From: an uncultured Candidatus Saccharibacteria bacterium
GTDB taxonomy: Bacteria > Patescibacteriota > Minisyncoccia > Phycocordibacterales > SBAW01
DNA: 64,000 nt
NCBI GenBank assembly: GCA_964615415.1
Contig: CAZTNI010000002.1
Span: forward strand, 4,873-68,872
Direction: 5' to 3'
Below the pieces are notes generated by a model. The model was given only the letters and a program-made list of their open reading frames with translations. It ran no database searches and was not told the DNA's origin. This document shows positions 57,948 to 64,000 of this stretch, in pieces (within the stretch, counting starts at the first letter, position 1; every line of letters starts with the position of its first letter). Position numbers and translations under genes: made by a program.

Positions 57948-58730
57948 GTGAGAGAGTTGGAGCCAAAGGACTACCTAACGGTCTCGATCGATATCAAGCC
58001 GATGCGGTCTACTGACCGCACGGTGTCGTCTATCGATAGTCGAGCTGCCGAGGCAGAAGCAAAACGCATCGTCTATTGCGTAAAGGACACCGGGGTAACC
58101 ATCAAGCTTAATACGATCCTACGCGCACGTGGCTACGGCCTCATTGCGCATGTGCGTTCGTACGGCTTGCCTATGTTCGTCGACCTAAAACTTTTAGATA
58201 CCACTGCGACGCTTGAGGGAGATGGATTGTTCCTCGAAGAAGTAAGGCCTGAAATCCTTACTGTGGCCCGGGGAGCTGGGCCAAAAGCTATTGAGGCGCT
58301 GCGCCGGCACCTCCCCAATACGGAGCTCCTTTGTGTCGGTGTGCCGACCAGTATGGACGACGAGGAGTGTCGGTGGGCGTATGGAATGACTGTTGCAGAA
58401 ACGCAAGCAGGGCTCGTTGCTTTCGCAGAAAAGGCTTCCTTGCATGGTGTTGTGTGTGCAGGCACCGAGATCGAGATGATGCGGGGTCTGGCAAACAAGC
58501 CTCTCGAGTTCAGTGCGGTTAATATCCGCCCTGCAAATATTTCAATTGTGGGAGATGATCAGAATCCTCACCGTGCCATGACCCCAACAGAGGCGATTCT
58601 GCGGGGAGCGCGTAGAGTCATCATCGGCCGCCCGGTCTGGCAGTCAGTAAACCCGTACGACACGGTTCGTCGACTGCTCGACGAAATAGCTCTGGCGCTC
58701 GAGAAGCGCAAAACGCTCATTGCAGCCTAA
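57948..58730 (+). CDS. pyrF: Orotidine-5'-phosphate decarboxylase
   Basis: FVDLKLLDT (DxKxxD), PTS, GVVC, IRP, DDQ..R.MTP, IGRP. Confidence 0.85.
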   Translation: MRELEPKDYLTVSIDIKPMRSTDRTVSSIDSRAAEAEAKRIVYCVKDTGVTIKLNTILRARGYGLIAHVRSYGLPMFVDLKLLDTTATLEGDGLFLEEVRPEILTVARGAGPKAIEALRRHLPNTELLCVGVPTSMDDEECRWAYGMTVAETQAGLVAFAEKASLHGVVCAGTEIEMMRGLANKPLEFSAVNIRPANISIVGDDQNPHRAMTPTEAILRGARRVIIGRPVWQSVNPYDTVRRLLDEIALALEKRKTLIAA

Positions 58731-58772
58731 AGAAAAGCCCCTGCCAAGTATGGCGGGGGTTCTTTTTACATG

Positions 58773-58856
58773 TGCCGCGGGAGAGAATCGAACTCTCATG
58801 ACCTTGCGATCGAGGGATTTTGAGTCCCTTGCGTCTACCAATTCCGCCACCGCGGC
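58773..58856 (-). tRNA. tRNA-Leu(CAA)
   Basis: AGGGA-CT-CAA-AA-TCCCT anticodon arm. Confidence 0.95.
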
Positions 58857-58878
58857 ATGTCTGTGTTAGTATATCTGC

Positions 58879-59979
58879 ATGTCAAAGTTTTACAATAACG
58901 CCATTTTTTGGGTCGATGTCGACAAGATCAAGCCGAACCCCTTCCAACCTCGCAAAGAATTCGATCAGGCGAAGCTCGACGACCTTGCAAAGTCGATCCG
59001 TCAGTACGGCGTTATCCAACCCCTTACCGTTTCTCGTAAAGAAGTAGAGAAGGCGGAGGGCGGTCTTGCCGCAGAGTACGAACTTATTGCTGGCGAGCGC
59101 CGTTTACGTGCCTCAAAAATGGCGGGGATTGCACAGGTGCCGGTTTTAATCCGCGAGGCGTTTGATGACGACAAGACAAAGCTTGAAATTGCGATTATTG
59201 AAAACCTCCAGCGCGAAGATCTTAATGCAATCGACCGCGCAAAAGCGTTTGACCGCTTGGTAAAAGAGTTCGGCTTTAAACACACCGACATTGCAGAAAA
59301 GGTAGGGAAGAGTCGCGAGTATGTGTCGAACACGATTCGCCTCCTCATGTTGCCTCCCGAGATGCAACAAGCGCTCGCAGAGGGAAAGATTTCCGAAGGC
59401 CATACGCGCCCGCTCCTCATGCTTGCAGAGCGTCCGCAGGAGCAAAATACGCTCTTTCGAGAGATTATGTTGAAGCGCCTGACCGTGCGCGACACGGAAA
59501 GTATTGCACGCCGCATTGCGACCGACCGCGTGCGCAAGAAGGAATATCTCTTTAGTCCGGAAGTGTTGGAGATGGAGCGCGAATTGACGCAAGCACTCGG
59601 GACCCGCGTTGCTATTGAGCCGAAGGAAAACGGCGGCAAAGTTTCAATTGACTATATGAACGAGGAAGACTTGCGTGCGATCTTTGCAGCGCTCCATGCG
59701 CGTCTGCAAGGAGCGACGTCTCCTGCTGGGACACAAAAAGGTCTGGCCGAAGTGTCGCCGGAGCTTGGTGGGCAGAGCAACCCTCCTGCTGTGCAAAATG
59801 GTCTGGCCCGAGATGGCGCCGAGCCGATACGGGAGAACCGAGGACCTTTTGCACAGCAGGAGGTTGCGGCAGCTACTCCCGTCTCTTCCGAAGACAATGT
59901 AAATCCCCTTGATGATCGCTCGAAGGAGGAAAAAGAGATCGACGAAAACTCTTTTAATCCAAATTCGTTTTCTATCTAA
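58879..59979 (+). CDS. parB: ParB/Spo0J partition protein with an in-frame palindromic insertion in the C-terminal tail
   Basis: NPFQPRK, AGERRLRA, ENLQREDLN, HTH. Confidence 0.94.
   Translation: MSKFYNNAIFWVDVDKIKPNPFQPRKEFDQAKLDDLAKSIRQYGVIQPLTVSRKEVEKAEGGLAAEYELIAGERRLRASKMAGIAQVPVLIREAFDDDKTKLEIAIIENLQREDLNAIDRAKAFDRLVKEFGFKHTDIAEKVGKSREYVSNTIRLLMLPPEMQQALAEGKISEGHTRPLLMLAERPQEQNTLFREIMLKRLTVRDTESIARRIATDRVRKKEYLFSPEVLEMERELTQALGTRVAIEPKENGGKVSIDYMNEEDLRAIFAALHARLQGATSPAGTQKGLAEVSPELGGQSNPPAVQNGLARDGAEPIRENRGPFAQQEVAAATPVSSEDNVNPLDDRSKEEKEIDENSFNPNSFSI
59777..59867 (+). repeat. Palindromic element copy 3 (inside parB); a partial left-arm copy precedes it at about 59720-59752
   Basis: Perfect 17-bp IR CCTCCTGCTGTGCAAAA (59782-59798 / 59847-59863) around the conserved core. 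Confidence 0.9.
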
Positions 59980-61509
59980 CTAGTTTTTCTTTTCCGCATC
60001 GAGTGCGTTTCTGATGTGGCGGCGGGCAAGCGTCGTTTTTGCTATATCGAGCCATTTTTGTTTCGGCCATGCAGACTTGCGGGTTTCAATATCAACAATG
60101 TCACCGTTGTGGAGCGTGGTGTTAAGCGGCACCATTTTCCCATTTACCTTAACGCCAAAGATGTGGTTGCCAACGTCCGAGTGAATAGCGTAGGCGAAGT
60201 CTATAGGACTTGAGTGTGCAGGGAGGTCGACTACGTCGCCTTTTGGTGTAAAGACGAATACTCGATGCGAAAAGAGGTCAGACTTTAAACTGGTTTCAAA
60301 GTCAGGCTCTTCCATTTCCTCGTCCAAGCGCGATAGCCACTCTGGAGCACTCGGAGGACTATATTTATTTGGGTCGCTCGGGGGTGTCGGATTCGATTTG
60401 CCGCGACGCAGCAAACTCGGGATAAGACTTTTAATCCACACAAAGCTTGAGGCTTTGCCGGTAGTGCCACCCGCCTTTGCTTGTTCCTTGTAGTTAACGT
60501 GCGCAGCGATACCAAACTGCGCCTCTTGATGCATCTCCTTGGTGCGGATCTGTACCTCGACGATCCCGCCGTCGCCAGTAAACACGGTGGTGTGTAAACT
60601 CTTGTAGCCGTTTGGTTTCGGAAAGGCGATGTAGTCTTTAATTTTATTCGGTAGCGGCTGCCAGACATTGTTCACAATACCGAGTACGCGGTAACAATCC
60701 GCCTCGTTTTCAAGTACCACGCGCACTGCGGCGATGTCATGGATATTTCCGATATCGCCTCCTTTGCGCTTGAGTTTTTGCCAGAGACTCCACAGACCCT
60801 TTACGCGGCTATCGGTTTCAAATTTAGTTATGCCTGCGCCTGCGAGTTCTTTTTTAAGTGTGCGCATCATCTTTTCGAGGCGCTCTTGGGTTTCTTTTGT
60901 TTTTTCTGTAAGGAGTCGCTTTGCTTCTGCAAATTCTTCCGGGTATGCGTATTGAAACGCAAGGTCTTCCAGTTCGCGGCGGACAACGCCCATACCAAGG
61001 CGGTGGGCGATAGCAGCGTAAATTTCAATTGTCTCAAGTGCGATGCGTTTGCGTTTTTCTTCCGGCACGTGCTGCAGCGTGCGCATGTTATGCAGGCGGT
61101 CCATCAACTTAATGATGAGGACACGTGCGTCTTCGCTGGTTGCAACAAGGAGTTTGCGCAGCGACTCTCGGTGGCGCTCGGTGCCGCGGTACTTTAGGTG
61201 GCCGAGCTTCGTAACCCCTTCGACAAGAAAGGTAATCTCTTTACCGAACTCTTTTTCAAGAGTTTCCGGCTGTACGTTAACGTCTTCAATGGAGTCGTGG
61301 AGGAGGCCCGCTGCTATCGTTTTAGCGCTCATACCGAGGTCGGCAAGGCCTTTTGCGGTCTCTACCAGGTGGATCAAATACGGCTCGCCAGAGAGGCGTT
61401 TATGGTCTTTGTGGGCCTCTAAAACAAAGTTAAAGGCCTTTTCAACTAGCGCCTTGTCCTCGGCTGTAGGCGAGCCCATCCGCTCCCAGATGTCTTTGAC
61501 AGTAGGCAT
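59980..61509 (-). CDS. rel: RelA/SpoT family (p)ppGpp synthetase/hydrolase (HD, SYNTH, TGS; no ACT)
   Basis: SGEPY..H, LLHDSIED, DRLHNMRT, KPNGYKSLHT, EVQIRT, FTPKG, DFAYAIHS. Confidence 0.92.
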   Translation of the reverse strand: MPTVKDIWERMGSPTAEDKALVEKAFNFVLEAHKDHKRLSGEPYLIHLVETAKGLADLGMSAKTIAAGLLHDSIEDVNVQPETLEKEFGKEITFLVEGVTKLGHLKYRGTERHRESLRKLLVATSEDARVLIIKLMDRLHNMRTLQHVPEEKRKRIALETIEIYAAIAHRLGMGVVRRELEDLAFQYAYPEEFAEAKRLLTEKTKETQERLEKMMRTLKKELAGAGITKFETDSRVKGLWSLWQKLKRKGGDIGNIHDIAAVRVVLENEADCYRVLGIVNNVWQPLPNKIKDYIAFPKPNGYKSLHTTVFTGDGGIVEVQIRTKEMHQEAQFGIAAHVNYKEQAKAGGTTGKASSFVWIKSLIPSLLRRGKSNPTPPSDPNKYSPPSAPEWLSRLDEEMEEPDFETSLKSDLFSHRVFVFTPKGDVVDLPAHSSPIDFAYAIHSDVGNHIFGVKVNGKMVPLNTTLHNGDIVDIETRKSAWPKQKWLDIAKTTLARRHIRNALDAEKKN

Positions 61510-61563
61510 AGATAATTGAATAGTACATCGTTTTTACCCTTAAAATAAGGGCCTCTTGACGTA

Positions 61564-61592
61564 TTGACAAATCCGTTGTTTGGGTGTATAAT
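61564..61592 (+). promoter_or_regulatory. Perfect sigma70 promoter
   Basis: TTGACA-17 nt-TATAAT. Confidence 0.8.
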
Positions 61593-61625
61593 AAAGGGGT
61601 AAGCACTTTCTCTTGGGAGATGGAA

Positions 61626-61811
61626 ATGGACGAAGAAGAAGTTGCTCGTATCCGCAATGAAGGTGTCCTCGAGATCAAACTCGAAAATGATCTGATGGAT
61701 CTTGATGTTCTGATGGCGGTTGCCAGGGATATCTTTCCGGAAGGTCGTCTCGTTATGACACTTCATCCTAACAAGACTGGTGTGCGTATCCTTAGTCTTG
61801 CTTCTGCGTAG
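61626..61811 (+). CDS. Small acidic hypothetical protein
   Basis: Promoter and GGGAG SD upstream; terminator at about 61878-61909. Confidence 0.6.
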   Translation: MDEEEVARIRNEGVLEIKLENDLMDLDVLMAVARDIFPEGRLVMTLHPNKTGVRILSLASA

Positions 61812-61909
61812 AGACAACTAGTCGAGCTCCATCTGACCTACTTCTAGGAATATCGAACTTGGGAAATATGACCCCCTGAAAGCCGCCTCCAACTCTGTTG
61901 GGGGCTTTC

Positions 61910-64000
61910 TTATTCCGCTTTTGCTTTGCGGGCGAAGCCTCTTCGTTTCTTTTCTTCCTTTAGAATTTCGAGTGCTCTTTCAAGAGTGATGGTGTAGACG
62001 TCGTCAGTTTTAAGTGAGCGGAAGTCTGGTTTTGGTTTGGTGTTGTGTGCAATGTATGGACCAAAGCGTCCAACGTTCGCCGTAATTTTCTCTCCTGTGT
62101 CTGGGTGTACGCCAAGCTCGCGTGGGAGTGCAAGATATTTGAGCGCGTCTTCAAGCGTTACATCTTCCGGCAATTTTTCTTTAGGTATAGACGCGCGGCG
62201 CGGTTTTGTTTTTTTACCTTTTACGACTTCGCCCACCTGTACATACGGGCCAAAGCGTCCATTAAGTACATAAATAGGTTCGCCGGTCTCTGGCCAGTTA
62301 CCAAGCGGTTTTGGCGGCTCGTTTGAAATAACTTCGCCGGTTTCTGTGCGTGAACCGGTACAGTCAGGGAAGCGCGTACAGCTCATAAACTTTCCTTGGC
62401 GCGAAAGTTTATAGACCATCTTGCTGCCGCAGATGGGGCACGGGAATTCTTTCGGTGCAGGACCAAGGTCGGTAATCTTGCCGGCCTCTTTGTCTTTTAC
62501 TTTTACTTCTTTGTGGAATGGGGTATAGAAGTCGCGCAATGTTTTTTCATACTCGCGTTTGCCTTCTGCTATCTCGTCCAACTCGTCTTCCATTTCTGCG
62601 GTAAAGGTGTCGCTGATGTACGTAGGGAAGTTATCTTCCAAGAAAGTAGAGACAACATCGCCAGTTTCGGTCGGAATAAGTGTGCGGCCTTCCTTGGTAA
62701 CGTAACCGCGGTCGGCAAGCGTTTTCATAATACTTGCGTAGGTCGAGGGGCGGCCGATACCGCGCTTCTCAAGTTCTTTAATGAGTCCTGCTTCGCTGTA
62801 GCGGGTCGGTGGAGTGGTTTGCTTTTCTTCTGCAGCGACATCCTTTACGTCGAGTACATCGCCACCAGAAACTTTTGGCAATTCTACGTCCTCGCCGCGA
62901 GCATCTGGGTCGGCCTTAAGCCAGCCATCAAACACAACGCGTGAGCCGTTTGCAGCAAACTCCGGCACCTTGCTGTCTTTTGTTTTTGCAATAATCTTCG
63001 TCTTTAAGAGTTTTGCATCTGCCATCTGTGAAGCGATGGTGCGGCTCCAGATAAGTTCATAGAGTTTCTTCTGTTCTGGTGTGCCACCAACCGTCTCTTT
63101 TTCTATGTGTGTAGGGCGAATAGCCTCGTGTGCTTCCTGCGCGTTCTTCGATTTTGCTGCAAAGGTGTGTTCCTCTACATAGTTTTTGCCGTACTTCTTT
63201 TCTATGAGGCCATGCATCGCAGTCTTTGCTTGTGCGGCAAGGTTGGTCGAGTCGGTACGCATGTACGTAATGTGGCCCGCTTCGTACAATTTTTGCGCGA
63301 TGCGCATCGTGTTAGATGGCGAAAGTCCTAGGCGTGTTGATGCGGCCTGTTGCAAGGTCGAGGTAGTAAACGGCGCCTTTGGTGCGCGCTTCATGTCGCT
63401 TTCTGTTACATCAGCAACACTAAGCCCATCTTTTTTGACCGCTTCAAGAATATGATCAACTTGTTTTTTGTCGCGCGGCTCTTCAGTGCAGGTAAGCAGG
63501 AGTGCATCCTTTTTGGGAGTTATTGTGTTTGCAGTGATAACCCAGTAGGTTTCAGGTTTAAAGGCGCGGATCTCACGCTCGCGTTCCATGATGATGCGCA
63601 GCGCGGGCGACTGTACGCGACCAGCAGAAAGTCCGTAGCGCACTTTTTTCCAAATTAATCCTGAAAGGTCGTAACCCACCAGGCGGTCCAAGACACGGCG
63701 CGCCTCCTGGGCATAGCGAAGATGTTCGTCGATTTTGCGTGGGTGTTCAAGCGCTTCTTTAATAGCGTCCTTTGTAATTTCGTGGAAGGCAATGCGCTCT
63801 GCTTTTTTAAGCTTTAGTTCGTCTTGAATATGCCATGCGATAGCTTCGCCCTCGCGGTCGGGGTCGGTTGCAAGGTACACATGGTCTGCTTTGTGTGCGA
63901 GGCGACCAAGTTCTTCAATAATATCCGCCTTGCCGGGCACCACTTCGTAGTGGGGAATAAAGCCGCCTTCAATATCGATCGCTTTTTTGTTGCTCTTTGG
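61910..64000 (-). CDS. topA: DNA topoisomerase I; 5'-partial
   Basis: ATDPDREGEAI, SAGRVQS, GHITYMRTD, AHEAIRPT, GIGRPSTY; Zn ribbon and C-terminal repeats. Confidence 0.97.
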   Translation of the reverse strand, partial: PKSNKKAIDIEGGFIPHYEVVPGKADIIEELGRLAHKADHVYLATDPDREGEAIAWHIQDELKLKKAERIAFHEITKDAIKEALEHPRKIDEHLRYAQEARRVLDRLVGYDLSGLIWKKVRYGLSAGRVQSPALRIIMEREREIRAFKPETYWVITANTITPKKDALLLTCTEEPRDKKQVDHILEAVKKDGLSVADVTESDMKRAPKAPFTTSTLQQAASTRLGLSPSNTMRIAQKLYEAGHITYMRTDSTNLAAQAKTAMHGLIEKKYGKNYVEEHTFAAKSKNAQEAHEAIRPTHIEKETVGGTPEQKKLYELIWSRTIASQMADAKLLKTKIIAKTKDSKVPEFAANGSRVVFDGWLKADPDARGEDVELPKVSGGDVLDVKDVAAEEKQTTPPTRYSEAGLIKELEKRGIGRPSTYASIMKTLADRGYVTKEGRTLIPTETGDVVSTFLEDNFPTYISDTFTAEMEDELDEIAEGKREYEKTLRDFYTPFHKEVKVKDKEAGKITDLGPAPKEFPCPICGSKMVYKLSRQGKFMSCTRFPDCTGSRTETGEVISNEPPKPLGNWPETGEPIYVLNGRFGPYVQVGEVVKGKKTKPRRASIPKEKLPEDVTLEDALKYLALPRELGVHPDTGEKITANVGRFGPYIAHNTKPKPDFRSLKTDDVYTITLERALEILKEEKKRRGFARKAKAE

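Noticed and set aside
1-64000. CRISPR array, prophage, integrase or transposase
   Set aside because: No regularly spaced direct repeats and no recognisable cas, phage or recombinase ORFs.

Overview
Bacterial chromosomal window (standard code 11). Gene content points to Patescibacteria/CPR, most likely Parcubacteria; this is an inference from the short IF2, ValRS and Rel, the T4SS-pilin-type arrays and the mostly leaderless genes. It carries housekeeping genes (murJ, lepA, valS, tsaD, trxB, ftsZ/ftsA, ybeY, rpsU, lepB, pth, rpsA, gyrA, rbfA, infB, iscS, clpB, rpmG, miaA, pyrE/pyrF, parB, rel, partial topA), 13 tRNA genes and many small stand-alone accessory genes. No CRISPR array, rRNA, integrase or transposase was seen. 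Most notable: (1) a dispersed family of about 90-100 nt palindromic elements with a conserved core (GTC-TGGCC...GAACCGAG-GAC) and perfect 17-18 bp inverted arms that differ at each locus, found in-frame inside tsaD and parB and once intergenically; (2) tRNA-derived or tRNA-adjacent structured elements (an expanded tRNA-Ser mimic, a duplicated tRNA-Trp 5' half, fold-backs and bulged hairpins after tRNA-Tyr and tRNA-Glu); (3) an orphan multi-branched ncRNA candidate of about 190 nt with a perfect sigma70 promoter; (4) an Mrr-type nuclease-ASCH fusion beside a Nudix gene; (5) a pilin fused to an NlpC/P60-like domain; (6) a class F sortase with a tiny VPNTG substrate. All calls were made by eye; no searches were run.
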